The notes under the pieces: model-generated
Databases searched by the model: none
What the model saw: the letters and a program-made list of their open reading frames with translations, nothing else
Told to the model about the DNA's origin: nothing
In this document: positions 1 through 8,896 of the stretch, in pieces
Position numbering within the stretch: the first letter of the stretch is position 1
Layout of the letters: each line of letters starts with the position of its first letter
Assembly: GCA_964358765.1 (NCBI GenBank)
Contig: CAYHPN010000001.1
Location: 27,182-91,181 of the forward strand
DNA: 64,000 bases
Reading direction: 5' to 3'
Origin: Candidatus Woesearchaeota archaeon
GTDB taxonomy: Archaea; Nanobdellota; Nanobdellia; Pacearchaeales; GW2011-AR1
Made by a program: the position numbers and the translations under genes

Positions 1-1
1 T

Positions 2-397
2 ATCCTATTAAATTTGATAGTTGTAACTCTCCTAATACGTGTTTCTCAAACACATGCAGTTATTGGAGCCTCTTTAGCTTGTTTTATAAGCTGGATGTTT
101 TATTTTATATCTACTTATCGTGTAATAAAGAAAAAATTCAATATTGATTTAGATCTAATTGTTTTAATTAAACCAATATTAGCAAGTATTGTAATGTCTG
201 GCCTGTTATATCTAACTTTAGAATATTTTAAAGATATTAACTTAATTACTGGATTTATTGAAATATTGATTGGAGTTTCAGTTTATTTTATATGTTTAAT
301 AATATTAAAATTCTTTGATAAAAATGAAATAGAAAATATAAAATCTATTTTAATTAAAAATAAGCCAAAAATATCTTTACCCTTACCAAATACCTAA
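2..397 (+). CDS. Polytopic membrane protein, C-terminal fragment (possibly a Wzx/MOP-type polysaccharide flippase). The 5' end lies outside the window.
   Basis: The frame is open from the window edge to the stop at 395-397. The translation is a run of hydrophobic helices (IGASLACFISWMFYFI, ILASIVMSGLLYLTL, ILIGVSVYFICLIIL). The functional guess rests only on its position at the head of the glycan cluster. Confidence 0.35.
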   Translation: MLLNLIVVTLLIRVSQTHAVIGASLACFISWMFYFISTYRVIKKKFNIDLDLIVLIKPILASIVMSGLLYLTLEYFKDINLITGFIEILIGVSVYFICLIILKFFDKNEIENIKSILIKNKPKISLPLPNT

Positions 398-413
398 TTA
401 AGTTATGTGAATA

Positions 414-423
414 TTTATAAATA
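414..423 (+). promoter_or_regulatory. TATA-like box for the 443 gene
   Basis: tttataaata is centred about 25 nt upstream of the ATG at 443. The same spacing recurs at many genes in this window, consistent with archaeal leaderless transcripts. Confidence 0.4.
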
Positions 424-442
424 ATAATAGTCAGACAATAAA

Positions 443-1453
443 ATGTCTATTCGTATAAAAAATAAAAAAACTGTCTTGATAATTATTCTTATTTTAATTT
501 TAGTTTTAATGGAAATTTACCTTAGGTTTAATTTTGATATAACTAGAGTTATAGATAAAGTCTTATTTGTTCCAAATGATCATTTAGGATACACCTTAAA
601 ACCAAATATTGAAATTATAGAAGAAGTAAGAGATGGAAAAGTTACTGTTTCTATTAATAAAAATGGCTTAAGAGGCCCTGATATAGATTATGCAAGAGTT
701 GAAGGCAACAGGAGAATTCTTCTTATGGGCGGTTCTATACCTTTTGGTTCAGGCATCCAATATGAGAATACATTTGCCAGTAAACTAGAAAAAAAACTAA
801 AAAAATATGACAAGAATATAGAAGTAGTAAATGGAGCTGTTCCTGCCTATCAATTTAGTCAACAATATAGATATTATCTTGATGAATTATACAAATATAA
901 TCCAGACATAATACTATTGACCTTGGTTCTAGACGATTTAATTGAATTAAATACTACTATTCTTAAAGAAAATGTAATAAAATATGATAACATCCAGAAA
1001 AATGAAGCTAAATCAGTGGTGTTAATAAAAAAGTCTTGTTATACTTGTGTTTATTTGTACGGCTTATACTTGAATTATCCTGAAAAACATATCCAACAGG
1101 TATTAAAAAGCTGGTCAGATGACAATATATATTCGAAATTTGAGGAAAAGGCAATTGAGTTTAAGAAAAATATAACTGGAAATAATATTTCTCTGATAGT
1201 TTTAATAATTCCCTATAATCAACAATTTTCAAGCAACTTAAACTACTCAAGATATCCGCAAGAAAGACTGGGATCTTTATTTTCAGGAATGAATGTAACA
1301 GTTATAGATATTATTCCTTATTTGGACGATGATAATTATAAAGATTATTATATGATAAATGATAAAATTCATTTGAACTCAAAGGGATTTGATAAAATTG
1401 AACCTATTGTATTTGAAGAATTAAAAAAGAAACTTATTCTTTATAAAAACTAA
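443..1453 (+). CDS. Membrane-anchored SGNH/GDSL-family hydrolase or acyltransferase (subfamily A paralogue 1)
   Basis: It has an N-terminal TM helix (VLIIILILILVLMEIYL), a block-I-like motif RILLMGGSIPFGSG and a block-V-like motif NDKIHLNSKG. It is paralogous to 2830-3873 and 16295-17362, sharing C.xCVxxYxLxxNY and YPQE(R/K) segments. Confidence 0.6.
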   Translation: MSIRIKNKKTVLIIILILILVLMEIYLRFNFDITRVIDKVLFVPNDHLGYTLKPNIEIIEEVRDGKVTVSINKNGLRGPDIDYARVEGNRRILLMGGSIPFGSGIQYENTFASKLEKKLKKYDKNIEVVNGAVPAYQFSQQYRYYLDELYKYNPDIILLTLVLDDLIELNTTILKENVIKYDNIQKNEAKSVVLIKKSCYTCVYLYGLYLNYPEKHIQQVLKSWSDDNIYSKFEEKAIEFKKNITGNNISLIVLIIPYNQQFSSNLNYSRYPQERLGSLFSGMNVTVIDIIPYLDDDNYKDYYMINDKIHLNSKGFDKIEPIVFEELKKKLILYKN

Positions 1454-1472
1454 TATAGCTTTGCTTCGTGGA

Positions 1473-2774
1473 TTACATTTGAAATAGATGAGCATTATAA
1501 AGATCTGCAGAAATATTTTTCTTTGAAGAATTATTTACAGAATAATCTGGGGGAGATAGTGAAGAATTTGATAAATAATTAAATAATTCTTGAGCCGCAA
1601 TTTTATGCCCCAACTCATTTGGATGATAATCATAATCATTTACGGATAAGTCTTTATGGTCAAATTTTGCGAAAGAAGACTGGAGATCTATAAAATAAAA
1701 ATTATAGCCTATAGATATTCTTTTTGCAAAAGAATGTACAAAATAGAATTTATAATCTTTAAAATCAGATACTACTGGGAAAGCTACAAAGACTACTGTA
1801 ATATTTCTTTCCTTTGTAATATTTGATATCTGGCCATAAATTCCTAAAGTATAATTAGTATTTTTCTGAGAACTGTATGTTTTATTTAGTGTGTCCAGCC
1901 ATTTTCTTTTAAGTCCGAAATTTTCAAGAGCTTTATTAAGTCTAGATTCAAAAAAGTAATAGCTGTAAGATATGTCTCTTAACCAAAATCCAACAAAGGG
2001 AATCTCTAGATTGTCAACGCTTTCAAAATTTTTCAACTCTGGATCGTTATTTTCAATATCATTCTCATAATATTCTATTATTATAATGTTAGGATTATAA
2101 TCTAGAACTTTATTTTTTATAATATTTAGCTCGTCCAGAGCATCATAACCTGGAATGCCAAAATTATAGACTTCGTATTTATCAGAATAGTTCAAATTAT
2201 TTAAATATTTTTCCAATAATTTTGGATAAGTATCCCTAAAATCTTTTATTCCTGAACCAAATGAAAGAGAATCCCCGACTACTGCAATTCTTTTAACAGA
2301 GTCATTTTTCTCAATAGAGAAGTTATAATCTCTAAAACCAACATTATTCAATTTCACGTTTTCTTTTACAAACTTTATATAGGCTGGACCAGTTGATGAA
2401 AAAGAAGTCTCGTCATTTAAAATAAACCATGAAAAGAATTCAGTTATTGCAATAATAAATATAAAAACAGCACATAAAAGCAATAAATTTACTATTATTC
2501 TTTTCTTTTTTTCTAAGAATGATATTATATTATTATAAAATAATAAAGATATTAAGAATAAAACAATGGGAAAAAAACTAAAAATCAAAAATATTTTTTT
2601 AATTAAATTTATCTTTTCCAATGTTGATTCTTTCAAAGAATTGTCTATACTGTATTTCATAACGAATGATGGCCCAAAATACATTGAAAACGAGAAAGTT
2701 ATTAATGAGGATAATATTAGCAGAATTGCTAAAAAGGCATATAATTTTATTCCTATTTTCCTATTTTCATTCAT
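1473..2774 (-). CDS. Membrane-anchored SGNH/GDSL-family hydrolase or acyltransferase (three N-terminal TM helices)
   Basis: Three N-terminal hydrophobic helices are followed by RIAVVGDSLSFGSG (GDS block I) and DYDYHPNELGHK (DxxH block V). Confidence 0.65.
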   Translation of the reverse strand: MNENRKIGIKLYAFLAILLILSSLITFSFSMYFGPSFVMKYSIDNSLKESTLEKINLIKKIFLIFSFFPIVLFLISLLFYNNIISFLEKKKRIIVNLLLLCAVFIFIIAITEFFSWFILNDETSFSSTGPAYIKFVKENVKLNNVGFRDYNFSIEKNDSVKRIAVVGDSLSFGSGIKDFRDTYPKLLEKYLNNLNYSDKYEVYNFGIPGYDALDELNIIKNKVLDYNPNIIIIEYYENDIENNDPELKNFESVDNLEIPFVGFWLRDISYSYYFFESRLNKALENFGLKRKWLDTLNKTYSSQKNTNYTLGIYGQISNITKERNITVVFVAFPVVSDFKDYKFYFVHSFAKRISIGYNFYFIDLQSSFAKFDHKDLSVNDYDYHPNELGHKIAAQELFNYLSNSSLSPPDYSVNNSSKKNISADLYNAHLFQM

Positions 2775-2829
2775 ATTAATTTAGTATTATATCAATATTT
2801 AAATTTTCATCTTATTGATTTTAACTACA

Positions 2830-3873
2830 TTAATTAATTTTACTAGTATGATTGTCTATTAATGTTACAATCTTTTTAGAAATTACTTGAGCAACTAGCT
2901 TGTTTCCTTCTTCATTTAAATGAAGATTATCTCCATAAAGATAATATTTTTCATAATCTTCTACATCCAAATAAGGCAATAGATCTATTAGTGTAATGTT
3001 TTCTTCATCTGCAATATCTTTTATTTTTTCTTGAGGATATTTTCCAAGATTATATCCATTAGCAAACTGCTGAGTATATGGAAAAACTATCAATACTAGC
3101 TTTTTGTTCTCTTCAGTTAAATTATTATTTAATTCTATTATTCTAGACTTAAATAAATTGTATGCTTTTTTTTCTGACCATTTAGAATATATTTCTCTGA
3201 AATATATCTGATTGTAATTGTTTATTAAACTGTAAAAAAACACACATGACTGGCAGATATTCTTTATTATTTTAGTGCTAACTTTATCTTGAGGCCTATC
3301 ATGATATCCAAATACTTTCATATTCATTTTGATCAAAGAAATATTAGGTTCATTTATATCATTTAAGACTATTCCTAAAGTTACAATATCTGCGTGATAT
3401 TTGTATCCTTCTTTTTTATAGAAATTATATTCTTGTGAAAGTTCATATCCGCTTACTCCTGCATTAATCGTCTCTGCAGATAATTTCTCCTCTTCCAAGT
3501 ACTTCTGGAGAATATAAAGATAAGTTTCATTATTATTGACTCCTGACCCAAAAGTTACAGAATCTCCAAGACCTAATATTCTTAATTCAACGTTCTTACT
3601 ATAATTTTTTTCTGAATCTCTTAAGCCGAAAGAATTTACAACTATATTTTTATCCTGATAAAGAGACATGGGAAAATTTCCATTGTAATTAGACTTTAAT
3701 TTGTATCCTAGAATTTCATCTATAATATGCAACTCCTTGGGATATCCTTTATCCTGCGGAGGATACCATGATGCTCGGACAATAATTTCCAATATCACAA
3801 AGCAGATTAATGTCGTAATAAGAAACAATATGATCTCTTTCTTTTTTGATCTAATTAAATTTAATAAAGCCAT
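2830..3873 (-). CDS. Membrane-anchored SGNH/GDSL-family hydrolase or acyltransferase (subfamily A paralogue 2)
   Basis: It has an N-terminal TM helix (IILFLITTLICFVILEIIV), LRILGLGDSVTFGSG (block I) and GDNLHLNEEGNK (block V). Confidence 0.65.
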   Translation of the reverse strand: MALLNLIRSKKKEIILFLITTLICFVILEIIVRASWYPPQDKGYPKELHIIDEILGYKLKSNYNGNFPMSLYQDKNIVVNSFGLRDSEKNYSKNVELRILGLGDSVTFGSGVNNNETYLYILQKYLEEEKLSAETINAGVSGYELSQEYNFYKKEGYKYHADIVTLGIVLNDINEPNISLIKMNMKVFGYHDRPQDKVSTKIIKNICQSCVFFYSLINNYNQIYFREIYSKWSEKKAYNLFKSRIIELNNNLTEENKKLVLIVFPYTQQFANGYNLGKYPQEKIKDIADEENITLIDLLPYLDVEDYEKYYLYGDNLHLNEEGNKLVAQVISKKIVTLIDNHTSKIN

Positions 3874-3947
3874 TTATTTTAAATAATTTTTCCAGATTTA
3901 AATCTTTCGACGTATAGCTGTATGCAGAAGAATAAAAACATAGATAT

Positions 3948-3960
3948 CTTTTTAAATAAT
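3948..3960 (+). promoter_or_regulatory. BRE/TATA-like box for the 3978 methyltransferase gene
   Basis: ctttttaaataat lies about 24 nt upstream of the ATG at 3978. The same atctttttaaataa string precedes the GT2 gene at 21076. Confidence 0.4.
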
Positions 3961-3977
3961 ATAATTTAACCTAAAGA

Positions 3978-4625
3978 ATGAAATTATCTCCCTCGAATCA
4001 ACAATACAGATTGTTTATTAGTGAATTGAAAAATTTTGATCCTAAAAAAAAATATAATGTTCTTGAAGTTGGAGCAGGAGAGCAACTCATTAAACCATAC
4101 CTTGGGAAAAACTTTACATATAAAGGGATGGATTTAGGGAAAAATCAAGATTATAATTTCAATTTAGACGGCGGTAAATTCCCTATAAAATCTGAAGTAT
4201 TTGATATTATAATTTGCCTCGAAACAATGGAACATGTTATGTATCCAGAAAGAGTTTTAAAAGAGATTGTTAGAGTCGCAAAAAAAGATGCTTTTTTTTT
4301 CCTATCGATGCCTAATGAGTATAACTTTTTACAGAGATTTTATCATTTATTTGGGATAAAGACATTTATTGATGCACCTTTTAGGCTGGTGGAAGAGCAC
4401 CTACATATTCATAAACCTAGGGTTAAGGATATTCTGAATTTATTTTCTAAACATCTTAAAATTCAAAAGATAGATTATGTTTGGGAATCTAGGCATAGTA
4501 CTGAATATTTAACATATTCATCTTTTTTTAGAGCAATTGACAAATTTATCGATGTTTTAGCCAAATTATGGCCTGAAATGTTTACACGACTTGTTGCTGT
4601 AAAAGCTGTAAAAAGAGATCGTTAA
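3978..4625 (+). CDS. Class I SAM-dependent methyltransferase
   Basis: Motif I is VLEVGAGEQ. An acidic loop (GMDLG) and the post-I/II region FDIIICLETMEHV match the Methyltransf_11/23 pattern. Confidence 0.6.
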   Translation: MKLSPSNQQYRLFISELKNFDPKKKYNVLEVGAGEQLIKPYLGKNFTYKGMDLGKNQDYNFNLDGGKFPIKSEVFDIIICLETMEHVMYPERVLKEIVRVAKKDAFFFLSMPNEYNFLQRFYHLFGIKTFIDAPFRLVEEHLHIHKPRVKDILNLFSKHLKIQKIDYVWESRHSTEYLTYSSFFRAIDKFIDVLAKLWPEMFTRLVAVKAVKRDR

Positions 4626-4641
4626 AAAAAATATTCTCCTT

Positions 4642-6090
4642 CTAAAATTGAGCATAAATAAATTGTATCTTCTTAAACATACCAAAAAGCAATATGCCCA
4701 TTAATAAAAGCCAGTAAAAGACAAATGCTCCCTTGTCTGAACTAATGAAACTTTTATCTTTTGATTCACAATATTCTTGATATATCTCAATTAATATGAA
4801 TATAATTAAAGAAATAACAATTATAATAATCTCATTCCAATCTACTCCTAAATTTATCTTGAAGAAAGCATAACTGAAATCGGTAAATAATTTATTAAAG
4901 ATATTAAAAGAATCTGATATCGAATTTGCTCTGAAAAATATCCAGCCTATATTAATCAAGATAAATGTAGCAATTATCTGCATGTATTTGTTCATTTTAT
5001 CCCAGTAATTACGGATTAAATAGTAAGCAGATATGGCAATTCCATAAAATAATCCAAAGAATACAAATGTCCAATTAGCTCCATGCCATAGCCCAAGCAA
5101 AACTTCACCCATCATTATAGAAATTATAAATGAGATTATGTGCTTTTTATTGGAATTTAATTTTGAAAATCTTTTTAATTTTGAAACTCTTAAATAAAGA
5201 GGCACAAATATATAATCTTGGAACCAACTTGACAAAGAAATGTGCCATCTTCTCCAGAACTCAGATACGGATCTGGATAGAAAAGGCCTCTTAAAATTTT
5301 CTTTTAGGTTATATCCCAACATTTTTGCACTTCCTATTGCAATATCGCTATATCCAGAAAAATCAGCGTATAGTTGAAATCCAAAGAATAAAGTTGCGAT
5401 AATTAAAGTAAGTCCTGAATAAGCGGAAGGATTTGTATATATTAAACTTACAACAATTGATGATCTATCTGCAATTACCACTTTCTTAAACAATCCCATA
5501 ATTATTCTTTTAATACCTTGGATAAGATTATCTAATTCGAATCTGTTTTTTTCATGAAATTGAGGCAATAGACTTTGGGCTCTTTCTATCGGTCCGGAAA
5601 TAAATTTAGGAAAAAACAAAACATAAGCTCCAAAAATAAAGAAGTTCTTCTCAGGATTTACCTTTTTCCTATAGATGTCTATTATATAACCAATATTCTG
5701 AAACGTGTAAAAAGATAGACCTATAGGCAATGCAAAATTAATTAATAAAATATCAGGTTTAAAAGAAAACAAGGTGAGGAAATGCCTAGTAGAATCACTT
5801 AAAAAATTAAAATATTTAAAAGAAATTAAAATTAGTAAATTAAATGAAATAGCTAATATTGCCAATAATTTATTTATTCTAGAAGATCTATTTTTATTAA
5901 TATATAAAGCAACAAAATAATTCAATATTATGGAGAAAAATAATATTATTGAATACTCTGGTTTAAAACTCCAGTAAAAATATAAACTTGCTAATAATAT
6001 AATGATTAACTTGTATCTCTGACTAACCGCATAATATAATAAAAGAACAAGAGGCAGAAAAATCAGAAAATGTATAGAATTAAATAGCAT
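4642..6090 (-). CDS. MBOAT-family membrane-bound O-acyltransferase (DltB/AlgI-like), copy 1
   Basis: It is polytopic, with 10 or more hydrophobic helices. The MBOAT core FWRRWHISLSSWFQDYIFVPL carries the conserved His, and a second motif GLWHGANW is present. At 482 aa the length is typical. Confidence 0.85.
   Translation of the reverse strand: MLFNSIHFLIFLPLVLLLYYAVSQRYKLIIILLASLYFYWSFKPEYSIILFFSIILNYFVALYINKNRSSRINKLLAILAISFNLLILISFKYFNFLSDSTRHFLTLFSFKPDILLINFALPIGLSFYTFQNIGYIIDIYRKKVNPEKNFFIFGAYVLFFPKFISGPIERAQSLLPQFHEKNRFELDNLIQGIKRIIMGLFKKVVIADRSSIVVSLIYTNPSAYSGLTLIIATLFFGFQLYADFSGYSDIAIGSAKMLGYNLKENFKRPFLSRSVSEFWRRWHISLSSWFQDYIFVPLYLRVSKLKRFSKLNSNKKHIISFIISIMMGEVLLGLWHGANWTFVFFGLFYGIAISAYYLIRNYWDKMNKYMQIIATFILINIGWIFFRANSISDSFNIFNKLFTDFSYAFFKINLGVDWNEIIIIVISLIIFILIEIYQEYCESKDKSFISSDKGAFVFYWLLLMGILLFGMFKKIQFIYAQF
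4912..5268. repeat. 357-bp segment identical by eye to 7465-7821, inside MBOAT copy 1
   Basis: A line-by-line comparison of the two stretches found no mismatch. The flanks drop to clearly diverged sequence on both sides. Confidence 0.85.
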
Positions 6091-6173
6091 TTTATTTAGC
6101 GATAGTTTTTAGATCAAGTGAAAATGATGAAGAGATTTATAAATATACCCTTTCTAAGGCTGCTTCTAAGATA

Positions 6174-7193
6174 TTATTTATCCTGATTAAAAACGAATTT
6201 AAGTTCAGAAATACTCTTGTTTTTACCTTCAAGATCCTCTCTAATTTTATTAGTTATTATTTTTGAACCTTCTACATTTAAATGGCCTGGATCCCCAAAA
6301 ATAGAGTTATCTGTGAATACTTCCTGATAATCTAAAATTTGGAATCTAATATTGCTTTTATTACACAAAGTTATTATGTTATTGTAATAATCCGTTAAAT
6401 TAAATCCGCTTTCTTGGATTCTTTTTATATATCCTGGGGAAAGAGGATATTTAATGAAAATTATTTTTATATTGTTCTTCTGAGCTAGTTTTAGTGTCTT
6501 TAATAAATAATCTGAACCTAGTGGATTTAAAGAAGAGTTTGTATTTTTAAAAGTTACTTTATAATACTGATCAATATAACCTTCTTGATCGGCATTTCTA
6601 CTAAAATTTTCATTGTTAGGAGACCATCCATGAAAAGTATTGGAAATCTTTCCTCCATTAAAAAATATAGAGAGATCTTTTGCCCCGTTCATAAAATATA
6701 GATTTGACTGAAGCAAATAATCTGTATAAGAAAGAGAAGTTATATTTTTTATATCAGTGTAGGATAAGAAGTCAGACCAATACCATAAATTCTCTATATA
6801 AAATGGTTCTGGATAAGCACGATCATTTAAAATATGAGGATCTATTTCAATTATCAAAGTATTTACTTTAATATGATCAACCTCCACTATCTTTCTTAAA
6901 GTATAGTAGGCTAAGATAAAAGTTCCCTCTCCTCCTGTGGCCAAGTTAAAAGAACCATTTAAATACATTGGGTTTGCTCCATCTTTTGTATGTGAACTAC
7001 CAAAGAATAAATAAGGGATGTTTTTTTCTTTACTATTTACAAAACTATCAAATTCTATCTCATTACGATAGAGTTGTTTTTTCTGAATAAAAATATGAAA
7101 ATAAATTATATTAAATAATATCATAAATACGATTAGAGTTGCGATAAAAATTGCTGATTCCTTAATAAAATTAATGTTTTCTCTCTTTAACAT
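6174..7193 (-). CDS. Membrane-anchored DltD-like/SGNH-like partner protein (subfamily B paralogue 1)
   Basis: It has a single N-terminal TM helix (IFIATLIVFMILFNIIYFHIFI), FFGSSHTKDGANP near the N-terminus and GDPGHLNVEGS (DxxH) near the C-terminus. Its start codon lies immediately after the stop of MBOAT copy 2. It is paralogous to 12165-13202. Confidence 0.55.
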   Translation of the reverse strand: MLKRENINFIKESAIFIATLIVFMILFNIIYFHIFIQKKQLYRNEIEFDSFVNSKEKNIPYLFFGSSHTKDGANPMYLNGSFNLATGGEGTFILAYYTLRKIVEVDHIKVNTLIIEIDPHILNDRAYPEPFYIENLWYWSDFLSYTDIKNITSLSYTDYLLQSNLYFMNGAKDLSIFFNGGKISNTFHGWSPNNENFSRNADQEGYIDQYYKVTFKNTNSSLNPLGSDYLLKTLKLAQKNNIKIIFIKYPLSPGYIKRIQESGFNLTDYYNNIITLCNKSNIRFQILDYQEVFTDNSIFGDPGHLNVEGSKIITNKIREDLEGKNKSISELKFVFNQDK

Positions 7194-7194
7194 T

Positions 7195-8649
7195 TTAAAA
7201 TTGAAAGTAAATAAATTGACTATATGTATAAACCCCCATTAAGATAATGAAAATTACTAGAATAATATAAATTAGCGCTTTTAATATTTTTGGTGTTTTA
7301 TTTTTAATCTTCTGCATTACATTTGCTTCTTCCAAAAGATCATAAGATATTATAATCAACATCCCAATTATAGCAATTATTAAATCTGGCAAACCTAATC
7401 CTACTGATCTTTTAGTAATTGTAAAGGAAACTGAGTAGAATATGCTCCTTAAAATATATGAGGCATCTGATATCGAATTTGCTCTGAAAAATATCCAGCC
7501 TATATTAATCAAGATAAATGTAGCAATTATCTGCATGTATTTGTTCATTTTATCCCAGTAATTACGGATTAAATAGTAAGCAGATATGGCAATTCCATAA
7601 AATAATCCAAAGAATACAAATGTCCAATTAGCTCCATGCCATAGCCCAAGCAAAACTTCACCCATCATTATAGAAATTATAAATGAGATTATGTGCTTTT
7701 TATTGGAATTTAATTTTGAAAATCTTTTTAATTTTGAAACTCTTAAATAAAGAGGCACAAATATATAATCTTGGAACCAACTTGACAAAGAAATGTGCCA
7801 TCTTCTCCAGAACTCAGATACAGATTTGGACAGATAAGGCCTCTTAAAGTTTTCTGTTAAATTGTATCCTAATATTCTAGCACTGCCTATTGCTATATCA
7901 GTATATGCAGAAAAGTCTGTATATAATTGAAATCCAAAGAATAAAGTTGCGATAATAAGATAAGGTGCGTTGTAGTTTGAGGGATGACTATAAATAGTGT
8001 CTACTAAAATTCCCAAACGATCGGCCACCACTAACTTCTTAAACATACCCCAAATTATCCTTTTAGATCCGTAAATTAAATTTTCAGGATTGAATGCATG
8101 ATTGCTTTTTATTTGAGAAATAAATTTAGATGGCCTTTCTATTGGACCAGCTACTAATTTAGGGAAGAAAAGAGTATTTGCAGCAAAAATTCCTAGATGT
8201 TTTTCAGACTCTTTATTCTTTTGATAGATGTCAATTAAATAACTAATATTCTGAAATGTGTAAAAAGATATACCTATCGGCAGAAGAATCGAAATGTAAG
8301 AAATTGAAAAATTAATGTTGAAGATACCAAATAAATCCCTTAAGCTACTGCTTAGAAAATTTAAATATTTAAAGGTAATTAAATATAACAAGTTAAAAAC
8401 AATGCCTATAATCATTAGAATTTTTGCTTTTCTTTTGTTTATGTTAATTGAACGGTAGATATAAATTCCAATTAAATAATTAAAAATTATTGAAAGGATT
8501 ATTAGAATAATCCATTCTGGTTTGGAACTTATTATAAAATAAAAAGTTCCTAGAAGTAAAGCAATCCATTTAAATTTTGAAGGTGTTAAAAAATATAAAA
8601 CTATAAAGATTAGTAAAAAAACAATAAAACTAAATGATGCAAATAACAT
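7195..8649 (-). CDS. MBOAT-family membrane-bound O-acyltransferase (DltB/AlgI-like), copy 2
   Basis: It shares the architecture of copy 1. The N-terminal two thirds are diverged, while about 119 aa around the catalytic His region are identical to copy 1. Confidence 0.85.
   Translation of the reverse strand: MLFASFSFIVFLLIFIVLYFLTPSKFKWIALLLGTFYFIISSKPEWIILIILSIIFNYLIGIYIYRSININKRKAKILMIIGIVFNLLYLITFKYLNFLSSSLRDLFGIFNINFSISYISILLPIGISFYTFQNISYLIDIYQKNKESEKHLGIFAANTLFFPKLVAGPIERPSKFISQIKSNHAFNPENLIYGSKRIIWGMFKKLVVADRLGILVDTIYSHPSNYNAPYLIIATLFFGFQLYTDFSAYTDIAIGSARILGYNLTENFKRPYLSKSVSEFWRRWHISLSSWFQDYIFVPLYLRVSKLKRFSKLNSNKKHIISFIISIMMGEVLLGLWHGANWTFVFFGLFYGIAISAYYLIRNYWDKMNKYMQIIATFILINIGWIFFRANSISDASYILRSIFYSVSFTITKRSVGLGLPDLIIAIIGMLIIISYDLLEEANVMQKIKNKTPKILKALIYIILVIFIILMGVYTYSQFIYFQF
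7465..7821. repeat. 357-bp segment identical by eye to 4912-5268, inside MBOAT copy 2
   Basis: See the 4912-5268 entry. A further short identical block (ttgaaatccaaagaataaagttgcgataat) follows after a diverged gap. Confidence 0.85.
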
Positions 8650-8650
8650 T

Positions 8651-8896
8651 TTAATTTGATTTTATTTTGTTCTCAATTAGTGAGAATAGGTCTTTAACTC
8701 TTTGTGTATTTTCTATTTCGACAGCAGTAAATTCTATTCTGAATTCATCCTGAAATTTTGAGATAAGCATTAGATTATTAAATGAATCCCATTCAGGAAT
8801 AGAATTGAATTTCTTTTCAGGATCTAAACTAGTAATATCTATACCCATTATAGAATTTACTATTTCTTTTACTTTTGAGAGCTCATTTTTATCCAT
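8651..8896 (-). CDS. Acyl/peptidyl carrier protein (DltC/ACP-like)
   Basis: It is 81 aa and acidic. A candidate phosphopantetheine-attachment Ser sits in PEWDSFNNLMLI (DS motif at the start of helix 2). It overlaps the FkbH-like gene by 8 nt and abuts MBOAT copy 2. Confidence 0.65.
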   Translation of the reverse strand: MDKNELSKVKEIVNSIMGIDITSLDPEKKFNSIPEWDSFNNLMLISKFQDEFRIEFTAVEIENTQRVKDLFSLIENKIKSN

